Positions 35,043 to 46,847 of a stretch of DNA of 64,000 nucleotides are shown in pieces. Both the position numbers and the translations under genes were made by a program. Each line of letters begins with the position of its first letter. Position 1 is the first letter of the stretch. The stretch spans positions 841,031 to 905,030 of the forward strand of contig RHPI01001037.1 of assembly GCA_009103225.1 (NCBI GenBank), in the 5' to 3' direction. The notes under the pieces were generated by a model. It saw nothing but the letters and a program-made list of their open reading frames with translations. It made no database searches and had not been told where the DNA came from. The stretch is from Chlorokybus atmophyticus (lineage: Eukaryota; Plantae; Mesostigma and Chlorokybus algae).

Positions 35043-37699
35043 TCAGGTGGCTCTGCTGTTGCAGCCCCCAGAGCTAGCGACATGTACAGAAGAACCCGTT
35101 TTGAAAAAGTCTTGTATGCGGGTTTGATGGCCAACATCAAAGAGCTCATGCTTAAGAACCATATTACGCAGCTGCCGTAATGTGAGCTGATGATGCTTGG
35201 AGATAGGGCAATTGTTGATGGCGATGAAAGCCTCCACACCATCCAAAAACCTCATGCATTCTGCCACGCGGGGGCAACTTTTCCTCCTCCTCATCATCTG
35301 CAACACATCCACTGTTAGTGCCTACTCATACTCATACACATGTACACACATTGCAATCCACCCTCTCACCTTCATCTTCAACAGGCTCATCATGGGCGGG
35401 CCCTTCTGCCTCCAACACTTTCGAGGATGTCCTCGTCGCTCTGTCCGGCTTCGGTGGGAAGAGCGTCATCAGCGTGGATGAACTCAGCAGGTGAAAGCAT
35501 CTCTGCACGTGAAATGGGAAGACGCTGCATGATATCACCGGTCTCCTGCACAACAGCCTGCTCTCGTGTGTCGGTGTCGGGAGTGGGCGCGTGCCAAGCC
35601 AAAGGGGTGATGCCACTCTTGCGCCAACAGTTCGTGATGGTGAGTGCGGTGAGCTCCCCATATGCCTCGCGACACCATATGATTGCCTCCTTCAACTGCA
35701 CCTTAACTTTGCAAAAGCCGATGCGTGGGTCTGCGTCGTATTGCTGCAATAAGCTTGCAACAAGCTTGCGCTTGTACCTGCCATAAATAAAATGAGAAAG
35801 CATACCAACCTTCGATAAACAAGGGGGGGCTCANNNNNNNNNNNNNNNNNNNNNNNNNNNNNNNNNNNNNNNNNNNNNNNNNNNNNNNNNNNNNNNNNNN
35901 NNNNNNNNNNNNNNNNNNNNNNNNNNNNNNNNNNNNNNNNNNNNNNNNNNNNNNNNNNNNNNNNNNNNNNNNNNNNNNNNNNNNNNNNNNNNNNNNNNNN
36001 NNNNNNNNNNNNNNNNNNNNNNNNNNNNNNNNNNNNNNNNNNNNNNNNNNNNNNNNNNNNNNNNNNNNNNNNNNNNNNNNNNNNNNNNNNNNNNNNNNNN
36101 NNNNNNNNNNNNNNNNNNNNNNNNNNNNNNNNNNNNNNNNNNNNNNNNNNNNNNNNNNNNNNNNNNNNNNNNNNNNNNNNNNNNNNNNNNNNNNNNNNNN
36201 NNNNNNNNNNNNNNNNNNNNNNNNNNNNNNNNNNNNNNNNNNNNNNNNNNNNNNNNNNNNNNNNNNNNNNNNNNNNNNNNNNNNNNNNNNNNNNNNNNNN
36301 NNNNNNNNNNNNNNNNNNNNNNNNNNNNNNNNNNNNNNNNNNNNNNNNNNNNNNNNNNNNNNNNNNNNNNNNNNNNNNNNNNNNNNNNNNNNNNNNNGGG
36401 AGGGGGGCCCGCGGCACTCGCCCCCTGGCCCAAATTTTCCTACAAGTTATCTGAATTGACACTTGGTTTTGCGAGTTACTCTGCAGTGTGTCAGGCCAGT
36501 GCGACGCAGCAGCAGTAAACGAAGCAACACAAACCTGGTCTTGAACGCATTGATAATGTCTGCGTCCAGAGGTTGAACTTTGCTGGTTGTGTTGGGAGGC
36601 AGAAATAGACATTTCACCGTGTCCACCTGCAGCGTCTTGAACCCTTTCTCCATGCCTAGTACCCCATACTTGCAAGCATGCGTGGAGGAATTGTCGAGCA
36701 GCAACAAGACATTACGCTTCTGTCACAGAAAGCACAGATGAAGCTACGGTAGCTTCATCTCCCAGGCGAAGCTGCAGAGCCAGCGGCTGAAAAACTGCAT
36801 GACAACAACACTAACTGCCAACACGGACTTACAATACAAGTCAACTTGCGATGACATGAACCCTACAACCCTACAACACTTACAAACATCTTACCTCCGC
36901 ATTCATCCAAGCTTTCCTGTTGTTGTAGTACTCAACACCCATGCGTATAGGAGTCCAAGTGTTGCCAAAGGACTTTGGGCGCTTGGATGTGCCAATGAGA
37001 AGAAGTGGGAACTTCTCGGGAGCCATCCGCATTTACACACAACGCCACTGTACATCTATCCTTCTCTCTCTTCCCCCCCCTAGCATCTTCATTTTCAACG
37101 ACCAATGAGCGACGTGGAGCAGCATGGTAGAAAACGCCGCTCTCGTCCATGTTAAAGGTGTTGGCAGCACCGTACTCTTCAAGGATCGCGGGCAAGTCAG
37201 CTCGAGCCATGTCAACTCCATCTTCGTCTGCATCATCAGCCTCACCATGCAGTGCTTTGGCGGTAATGCCATGACGCTTCTTGAACTAATTCTCCCACCC
37301 ATGTGATGCATTAAGATCTTGTACGTTCAACTTGCTAGCAAAGTCTAGGCCCTTTTTTATTTATGTAGTGTCTGTGACGGTGAGGTTGCGAGCCCGTGCT
37401 TGTGTGAACCATGCATACAAGGCGTCCTCCAACTTGGGATGTGCCGCAAGCCGCATACGCTTAGTACTTGCAGCAAAATTACCACTTTGGGCTAGAGTGT
37501 CCACTATCTTGTCACGGTTGTTTAACAACTTGAACAACGCAATCTGTTTGATATCCAACTTCAACTTGCTTTTTATGCTAGCAATGAAGTCTGCTTGCCT
37601 TACGTTGGTGGTCTCACACAACTCATTATACAATTTTGGAATGCGCTTTTTGCCCTTGAGTGTGATGTTGGTGTGCTTAACTGGCGGGGGTGCGGACAT
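35043..37699 (-). pseudogene. pogo/Tigger transposase with intron (spanning the N gap), stops and frameshifts
   Basis: RMRLAAHPKLEDALYAWF, TFNMDESGVFY, RCTVALCVNADGS, LLLDNSSTH, FLPPNTTSKVQPLDADIINAFKT|RYKRKL, TITNCWRKSGI. Confidence 0.88.
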
Positions 37700-38220
37700 T
37701 ATAGCCTACAAGACGCATACATTGTCCTTAGTCCACACAAACAGTCTCAACCGTACACAAACACACACGCGCATGAACACAATGCACACACCTCAAGAGA
37801 AGCCCTTCAGCGCCTAAACAGCCGTCCCCTTGCATTAAGGCGTGTACTTCTACCCAATTGGACCTCTTGTCGCCGCCGCCGCCGCCGCCGCATCTTACCG
37901 CTCCTCCACGGCGACCAGTGTGCTCCGCAACTGTGGGTATGCGGCGTAAGGCAAAAAGCACTTGCATGGGCACAACGGCACAAGAGTACAAGTGCTTGCT
38001 TGTCCCCTTGCGCACAGCACTGCTACCCCGATAAGAGCATATGACTACTGGTTTTTTCATGCGGTAACATTAGTCTTATTACGTACAAGACTATTCCACT
38101 AACCGAAGACATGTGCCTGTAAAACGATTGGTCTTTACATATTCTGTGATCTTAGCTGGGTTATTCTCTTCCACTAACCAAAGTCTTTTAACCGGGGTAG
38201 ACTATACCATTGAGTGGTGT

Positions 38221-39756
38221 TGTAACGGGAAGGTACATTAAAATCACCACAAATCGACCATAAAAGCACCAAGTCTTTTGTGGTCGAGTGGGCTGTGACA
38301 TTGGTCATCGGAGCTTGAGACCCGGGTTCGGTTCCTGCCTTGCACACGAATTCCGCGGTCGTTGTTTCTCGATCCAATAATCGTAAATGGTCACTTTATG
38401 AGTGCCATCATCGATGGGTCGCGACTTGCGTAATGGCAGTCGCGCCGAACTGACCAGTTCAGTCGGCGCGGCAGGGCGTGACCTGCCTATCGCGGCGACG
38501 CGACCTGTGGGGCCGGCAGCGGCGCGCTATGCGCGCGCTGACCGGTTTGGGAATAAATTGGCCGGTCCTTGGACGGTGGGGCCGGTGACCGACCCTAAAT
38601 CAGACCCCTGGGATTGATTCCCCAGTTGATGGCCGCCAGCTGCCGAGGACGTCAGCGTTCTGAAGTGGGGAGGAATGTAACGGGAAGGTACATTAAATTA
38701 CCACAAATCGACCATAAAAGCACCAAGTCTTTTGTGGTCGAGTGGGCTGTGACATTGGTCATCGGAGCTTGAGACCCGGGTTCGATTCCTGCCTTGCACA
38801 CGAATTCCGCGGTCGTTGTTTCTCGATCCAATAATCGTAAATGGTCACTTTATGAGTGCCATCATCGATGGGTCGCGACTTGCCTAATGGCAGTCGCGCC
38901 GAACTGACCAGTTCAGTCGGCGCGGCAGGGCGCGACCTGCCTATCGCGGCGACGCGACCTGTGGGGCCGGCAGCGGCGCGCTATGCGCGCGTTGACCGGT
39001 ATGGGCCTAAATTGGCCGGTCCTTGGGTGGTGGGGCCGGTGACCGACCCTAAATCAGACCCCTGGAATGATTCCCCAGTTGATGGCCGCCAGCTGCCGAG
39101 GACGTCAGCGTTCTGAAGTGGGGAGGAATGTAACGGGAAGGTACATTAAATTACCACAAATCGACCATAAAAGCACCAAGTCTTTTGTGGTCGAGTGGGC
39201 TGTGACATTTGGGCTCCGATACCTATATCACAGCCCACTCGACCACAAAAGACTTGGTGCCTTTATGGTCGATTTGTGGTAATTAATGTACCTTCCCGTT
39301 ACATTCCCCCCCACTTAAGAACGCTGACGTCCTCGGCAGCTGGCGGCCATCAGCTGGGGAATCTTCCCAGGGGTCTGATTTAGGGTCGGTCACCGGCCCC
39401 ACCTTCCAAGGACCGGCCAATTTATTCCCAAACCGGTCAGCGCGCGCATAGCGCGCCGCTGCCGGCCCCACAGGTCGCGTCGCCGCGATAGGCAGGTCAC
39501 GCCCTGCCGCGCCGACTGAACTGGTCAGTTCGGCGCGACTGCCATTACGCAAGTCGCGACCCATCGATGATGGCACTCATAAAGTGACCATTTACGATTA
39601 TTGGATCGAGAAACAACGACCGCGGAATTCGTGTGCAAGGCAGGAACCGAACCCGGGTCTCAAGCTCCGATGACCAATGTCACAGCCCACTCGACCACAA
39701 AAGACTTGGTGCTTTTATGGTCGATTTGTGGTAATTTAATGTACCTTCCCGTTACA
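38221..39756. mobile_element. Palindromic composite of TRIM family A: (+) LTR-int-LTR-int-LTR fused tail-to-tail with (-) LTR-int-LTR; 5-bp TSD GGTGT
   Basis: 78-80 bp LTRs TGTAAC...GTGACA at 38221-38300, 38676-38754, 39129-39207 (+) and 39226-39303, 39678-39756 (-). PBS TGGTCATCGGAGC follows the LTRs; PPT GTGGGGAGGAA precedes them. GGTGT at 38216-20 and 39757-61. Confidence 0.9.
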
Positions 39757-39766
39757 GGTGTACCTG

Positions 39767-41297
39767 CATCGCAAATTATACACGATGACTGACAAGGGAC
39801 TGAGGGACAGACGGGTGCCTGACCCTATCTGATGTAACGGATTGGTCCATAAAGGGACTTTTTAGGACGGCCGTTACTACTAAGCAACATATACCGACGG
39901 CAAGCGGTCGGCCGATATGTACAATCGACGGCGGCCTGTGACGGCAGCACCGCACTTTAAGGTGACGGCCGATTGTCGGTCGTCCCATTTGCGCGATGGC
40001 GACCTATCTGTACAGCAAATAAGTCACGTTTTGGTCACATACAGTGACAGCCGACCGTCAGTCGTACCCTGACCGTCGGAATGTATGCGCGACGGCCTGC
40101 CTACTATATCAAGCCAGTCACCGATAATCCCTATCAGGTGACTTTACCGCGTGTATTAAGACGGCCGACCGCCAGTCGTGCACTTAATGCGGCGGCGACC
40201 TAACGGTTACGCAAGCAAGTTACCGCACGTCCCTATATATCGGCGAGTAATGCCGGTAAGTCGGGACGGTAGTGCAATGCAATTATCGTACCATATAAAC
40301 GGTACAAAATTTCCATTGTTATATTGACATAATTGTACCATTTGAATGGTACGACGGTGCCATTGTACCGTTGAGCGTTTGAATCACTTGGGCAGCCTTA
40401 GTCATTCAAACGCTCAACCGCTTGAACTGTTGAACAGGTGAGCGCTGGGCGGCGGCGGCGGCCTACAGGAAGTAAGGTTGTATGCTGACGTTGTTATGCG
40501 CATGCAAGCTAGTTGCCGTTCTTGTCTCAGGGCGGCCTCGGCCAGACCAAACTAGGCCAAGCCAGGCCAAACCATGCCATGCCAGGCCAAGCCAGGCCAG
40601 GCCAGGCCAAGCTAGGCGAGGCGGCGGCGGCGGTATGGTAAGCGACAGCATGCAAGTGTGAAGGTTATGTATGTTGCTGTTGACTGCGCTTGATTAATTG
40701 CCTTATGCTTTGCAGGAGCGGCGGTGGATAAGGAGCGACGGCGGAGGTGGAGCGCGGTGCAGGAGCGCCGGTTTGTATTAAGGCCTTGACTAGGGTAGTA
40801 GTAATGGTAGTAGTAGCTCACAATAGGTAGTTCAGATTGTGCATACATTGTAGCACTTTTATAACTTGCAATATATACTGTAATGTTTTTATTTTAGTCG
40901 CCGTCTTGCTTGTCACGCATTTGAGTATTTAATCATAATCTGAATGGTACTAATAGGTACCTTTAGACGTACATATCAATAACGGTCGGTAGGGAACAGG
41001 TATTATGAGGTACCTGTTAGTCACACTGAGTTACTGTACAGTCACCAGTACACTAACTGTACCTAACTAATAGGTACCAGTTAGTTAGGTTAAGTCCCTT
41101 TTGCCTGACGGGTATGTAACTGACAGGTACTTGTCAGTCCCAGTCAGTCCCTTTATGTAAACGGCCGGGGACGGCCAAAAACTTAGGCATGTGTATCGAG
41201 ATTACAAGTGGACTGAGCCACGACAGTATAAAAGTATCCTCAGGTGCACGGCCGTTGCCAATATTTAGTCAGCCGACAGGGGAAAAATATTGCGACG
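39767..41297 (+). mobile_element. TIR element 'X', copy 2
   Basis: CATCGCAA...TTGCGACG; collinear with copy 1; flanks (TG/CC) do not match. Confidence 0.8.
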
Positions 41298-41778
41298 CCG
41301 CGTAAACTGATTATGGCCCCATCCGCCATAGCCGGTTGCAGCATCGGCACGATGCCCTGTTTTGTTCACGCGATCAACAACGGCGGTTGACCAGCGGCAG
41401 CGTCGGCGGTGGCCTTAAGCACACACCGTTTGACGTCACAGAACCATGAATGGTCCATACTTTTCGACCGGGATTTTTGCCCTCGCTTATTGAATCATCA
41501 GACCATGCACGGTCCAACTATCATCGACAGCCGGACCGTGCATGGTTCAAAGTTCACGCAAATGAGCCATGTTTTATCGGGTTCGCACCATGTCTGGTCC
41601 GCGATGTTCATGATTTTACAAGTTGTAATGAATTGATGAGTTTATAGACCAGGAGCATTTTTTGACATTGTCGGACGGATCGGCACCATTTGTGGTGCAT
41701 TCTGTCTGCAGCCGGACCATCATACTAGACTAGACCGGTGGCGGTTAAATATATCATAGTTAATTGTTGAGGTTTAGC

Positions 41779-43302
41779 CATCGCAACATTTTTCCCCTGC
41801 CGGCCGACTAATTATCGGCAACAGCCATGCACCTGAGGATACTTATTTTGACTGTCATGGCTCAGTCCACCTGTAATCTCGATACACGTGCCTGAGTATA
41901 ACGGCCGTCCCCGGCCGTTTATAAAAATGGACTGACTTGGATGGACAGGTACCTGTCAGTTACATACCTGTTAGGCAAAAGGGACTTAACCTGACTAACC
42001 GGTACCTGTTAGTTAGGTACAGTTAGTGTACCGGTGACTGTACACTAATCCAGTGTGACTAACAGGTACCTCATGGTACCTTTTCCCTGCCGACCGTTAT
42101 TGTGAGGTACGTCTAAAGGTACCTGTTAATACCATTCAGATTATGATTAAATACTCAAATGCGTGACAAGCAAGACGGCGACTAAAATAAAAACATTACA
42201 GTATATATTGCAAGTTATAAAAGTACTACAATGTATGCACAATCTGAACTACCTATTGTGAGCTACTACTACCATTACTACTATCCTAGTTTAAGGCCTT
42301 AATAGAAACCGGCGCTCCTGCACCACGCTCCACCTCCGCCGTCGCTCCTTATCCACCGCCGCTCTTGCAAAGCACAAGGCAATTAATCAAGCGCAGTCAA
42401 CAGCAACATACACAACCTGTACACTCGCATGCTGTCGCTTACCATACCGCCGCCGCCGCGCCTAGCTTGGCCTGGTCTGGCCTAGTTTGGTCTGGCCTAG
42501 TTTGGTCTGGTCAGTGCCGCCTTGAGACAAGAACGGCAATTAGCATGCGCATAACAACGTCAGCATACAAGCTTACTTCCTATAAACCGCCGTCCCCGCC
42601 GCCGCCCAGCGCTCACCTGTTCAACACTTCAAGCCGTTGAGCGTTTGTATGACTTGGGCAGCCCAAGTCATTCAAACGCTCAACGGTCCAATGGCACTGT
42701 CGTACTATTCAAATGGTACGATTATGTCATCATAGTAATAGAATTTTTGTACCATTAATATGGTACAATTATTGCATTGTACCACCGTCCCGACTTACCG
42801 GCATTACTCGCCGACATATAGGGACGGGCGGTAACTTGCTTGCATAACCGTTAGGTCGCCGCCGCGTTCAGTGCACAACCAGCGATCGGCCGTCACTTAA
42901 TAAACGCGGTAAGGTCACCTGATAGGGACTAACGATGATTGGCTTGCCATGTTTGGCAGGCCGTCGCGCATATTTTTCGACGGTTAGTGTACGACCGACG
43001 GTCGGCCGTCACTGTATGTGACCAAACGTGACTTATTTGCTATACAGATAGATTGCCATCACGCAAATGGGACGACCGACAAACGGCCGTCACCTTAAAG
43101 TGTGGTGTTGCCGTCACAGGCAGGCCGCCGTCGATTGTACCTATCGGCCGACCGCTTGCCGTCGGTATATGTTGCTTAGTAGTAACGGCCGTCCTAAAAA
43201 GTCCCTTTATGGACCAATCCGTTACGTCAGGTAGGATCAGGCAGGGGCAGGCCCCCGTCATTTCCTCAGTCTCTTGTCAGTCACCGTGTAAAATTTGCGA
43301 CG
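41779..43302 (-). mobile_element. TIR element 'X', copy 3 (inverted, GC flanks)
   Basis: CATCGCAA...TTGCGACG with GC on both sides; reverse complement of copy 2. Confidence 0.8.
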
Positions 43303-44759
43303 GCTGCTTTGATTGATTAGCGGTCAGCTGCAGCAATTAAGCCCCAGCTAACCGCCGTTTGGCCGCCACTGGTGGCCTGGCAGGCGGTTTTGTGCTCCAT
43401 ACCAAGAGCACCAGGCCACGCCGCTGGTCTGGTCTGGTGCTAGCCCAGTGGAAGCCATCGTGATTGGACCAGGGGTGGTCACTACGCCTGGGATTGTTCA
43501 GCCGCCCTTGCCCGGGACAGTTGTTTCGCCCAATTACGTTTACCTGGCCACAGGGTAAAGAGAGCGAACTTCGTAATACGCCCTGATTTCGTTACCTGTT
43601 ACTGTAACTGCTCTGACAGGTGCATCTCTGCTCTGATTGCCCTAATACTTTTAGTGTATAATCAACATGCGTGTAGGCTTCTTTAGAGTTAGAAAGTAGA
43701 GCAAACGGACCTGTGTGGCGGCTTATTTACTTTTTTTAATAGGGGATATATGACATTTTTTATGTGTACATGGTACCCTAACTTTGACAGATTATAACTT
43801 GGGCTGTAGCTGTTTGAACTAAGTAAAGTAAAGCGCAAACGAGTCCTTGCACAATGCTTTGATAATGTTCAAAGTTTTACACAATTGGCGCGGGGGTGCA
43901 AAAGGTATTGAAGTAGGGTGATGGGGGTAACGCGTAACGCATTGGTGAAAAACTCAGATGCGCTATACTTAGCTTGGACGTTTGAGGTTTAGCACTTTTG
44001 CCTGACGTGTGTGGATAGTTCACATAGGTTGTGAGAGCGACCAGCTCATACATGCTATTGCCATTGTGAGTTGAGCTAGTGTGCATTAGTGGGTTCAGTG
44101 CGGGTTGCTAGATGCGTCTTGGGATGAGATTGTGGTGCATACTGGTGTGTGTTAGCTGCAAGGCAGCAATCAGCAATGTGGTGTGAGTGTTAGTAGCAAG
44201 CAAGCAATCAGACAAGGAGACAAGGAGTAGCTAGTTGCAGAGTCAGAGTGTTGGGAGATCTACATCATACTTGCGACTATATCTACCTCCACCTATGCCA
44301 CGCAGCAAAGGAGTTCGGGTGAGTGTGCATTGTTGCTGGAGCTGCAGCATCATCCTTGTTGCCTACAAGCCACTCGGACCACCCATTGTCACTCATGTTG
44401 CTGCATGCATGTGTATGCAGGGCATCAAGTGTGTTTGAGCAAGCCCTACAACAAGGGACCCAGAGGTAGCTACATGAACCACTGCCACCACCTAGAAGAC
44501 ATCAACCGTGTGGTGAATGCAGTCAACAGAGGGTGTATGATTGTGGGCACAGTCACAGTTTTGTCTGCCAAGTGCAAACGCTCTTCCCGAAGATGCCAAG
44601 TGCACACACCGCCTGACTTGCTTTGCTGTCACATGTGCATGCAGCAGCAGCAAGCATACGTGCCCCTGCTGCCAGCACCGCCACCGCCGCCCACGCCACC
44701 TGTTTCACACCTAATAGTCATCATGAAGGCAGGCATTGGCCATCTATCTAGCAAGCTTG

Positions 44760-46110
44760 TGTAACAATACCACTCACTTACCTGCTAGTGAGCCTCACCA
44801 ACTTGCGCACAAGTACCAAGGACTTATGCAACACACCCTGGTGCAGCACCTCGTGAAGGGAAGACACAGCACTAGAGTTGGGTACGAGAGGATGACCGCC
44901 AGCCCTCCAACAGCTCCCACACACACAAGTGCAGCCACCCACAAACGCCACCCACACACCCCGCAAGGGATGAGAGGGAGAGCCCCTTCGACAGCTACAA
45001 CCAGGCACCCCACACACAAGTGGCCCTTGAGAGGTGAACACACTCAGATCCCTACTCAAGGTAGCAACTGAGCTTTATACCACTTGTCGCTCTCCCGCCC
45101 TGGCACATAGCAGTTCCAAGGTCCAAGTCCTTGTCACTGTGTGCTGACCTTCCAGCACATGCTGACTGTGTCTACATAGGACTTATCCCATCACAAGATA
45201 TCAACCTTGGGATTATCAAACCTCGAGATTGTTAAACACAGGACAAGTATTTGCGAAATGCCAAAATCCGTCCTGTGCTTGTCCAAACATATCATACTTG
45301 TAAATCGCATGAGTGACCTGCGATTTGCCACTTGCAGCACGTATGCTGCCTCAGTGTCACTGCACTGGCACTCCACAAGTCATGCAGAGCATATGGCACC
45401 GAACAGCCCTGTGTGTGCTGATATACAGTGTGTAACAATTGGGGCCCGACCACTAGGCTATGGTAGTAAAAGACACTACCATGAGTGAGGTCTGTCGCAA
45501 TCTATCCCAGTTCATGACATTCCTCCCCAATTTAACCCATGAGTTCCTCGTAAACCAATGAGGCACTAGCCCACGTCTCCGCGTTCGCAGCCGTACCACA
45601 ATCGGTCTGCCCGCGGCCTGTTAGATCTAGCCACGAACGGTCCTGACCGACCAAACGGCCATCCTCACCGCGCGACCTGCCATCGCAGCGCGACCGCTCA
45701 CGCGGGCTGAGGTTGAACTGGTGCGGCGCGCAGGTCGTGATCCCGCGCCCAGCCTAGGGCAAGCCGCCCCAAATGTTTTTGTTTTTGCCTTGGATCTGCC
45801 TCAGTCCCCTACGGAAATTGAACCTGAGACGTCAAGCTCCGTTACCATTGTAACAATTGGGGCCCGACCACTAGGCTATGGTAGTAAAAGACACTACCAT
45901 GAGTGAGGTCTGTCACAATTTATCCCAATTCGTGACACAGTGCCTTGTGCAGCTACATAGCCCTAGCTACTATGTAGACAACGACTGACCGCATAAGCAC
46001 ACATGCCAAGTGCTACACACCATGGCATGCGGAATCCTCACTTGGTCCCTCTTACTTACAACATAAGTAAGGAACTGAGAGTGACTTTCGCCAGCCCTTT
46101 GGGCGTGACA
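44760..46110 (-). mobile_element. Probable solo LTR (~840 bp without the nested TRIM)
   Basis: Termini TGTAACAATA...GGCGTGACA; flanks GCTTG/GCTGG. It interrupts a segment that is contiguous (GCAAGCTGGTGC) in a paralogous F-box repeat unit near 56450. Confidence 0.65.
45431..45937 (-). mobile_element. Complete TRIM family B, 507 bp, 89-bp LTRs, TSD CAGTG
   Basis: LTRs 45431-45519 and 45849-45937. On the minus strand, PBS TGGTAACGGAGC follows the 5' LTR and PPT TGGGGAGGAA precedes the 3' LTR. CAGTG at 45426-30 and 45938-42. Confidence 0.93.
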
Positions 46111-46847
46111 GCTGGGGCCGGCTGCTGTCACGCGGTTGCATGCATTGCTACAAACAGTGACGGCGCCGGCAGCGGCACCGGAGGTGGCGGTGTTGGTGGT
46201 ATAGGTGGCAAGTGTCCTTGTCAGTGCGCGACGCGCGGGGGGGGGGGGGGGGGGGGGNNNNNNNNNNNNNNNNNNNNNNNNNNNNNNNNNNNNNNNNNNN
46301 NNNNNNNNNNNNNNNNNNNNNNNNNNNNNNNNGGAAGGGGTCTACCACTTCGGTGGTAGGCCTGGCGGGCCGCCGCTGCTTGCTGCTGGTGCTCAAGCAT
46401 TCGCAGCCGGTTAGACCAATGGACTCGGTGGCCATTTTGGACGTAAGTCCTCCTAGCCCTCTGCCAGGCAAGCTGTGGTGTTAATGTGCGGAAGAAGAAG
46501 ACGGGACATGCTGATATTGGCGCAATATTGACAATAAACTTTATTGCCCTTGCTTTCTGCTACAAGTGACGGTAGCATGAGTGACTAGTCGTCATGCAGC
46601 ACATCGATAACAGTATCACAAACAAGGAGAGTAGCATGACTGTGTTCGTGCATGCACTCTGAAGGCATGCTTCATATCACACAGAATGTGGATGTTCAGT
46701 CACCTTAGTGTTAAATCAACACATATCCACTTAGCTGCATTGCCTTCATGCTGCACACGAGTTTCGACAAGTGTGAAACGTCGTGCTATAGCATTCACTA
46801 TTCCGCTTGTGCCCAAACATGTGCTTATGCTTCGCCTGCTTTATAGC

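Larger units (their letters stand above)
33041..38204 (-). mobile_element. Second pogo/Tigger-family transposon, TA TSD, carrying a nested 1.5-kb element
   Basis: TA|CAGTCTGCCCCCGTTATAA at the left; (rc) TAGTCTACCCCGGTTAAAA|TA at the right (15/19); encloses a minus-strand DDE_1 transposase. Confidence 0.8.

Noticed and set aside
38221-39210. Repeat-spacer appearance suggestive of a CRISPR array
   Set aside because: The 'spacers' are near-identical ~375-bp units with PBS and PPT, the repeats are TG...CA LTRs, and the genome is eukaryotic with no cas genes.
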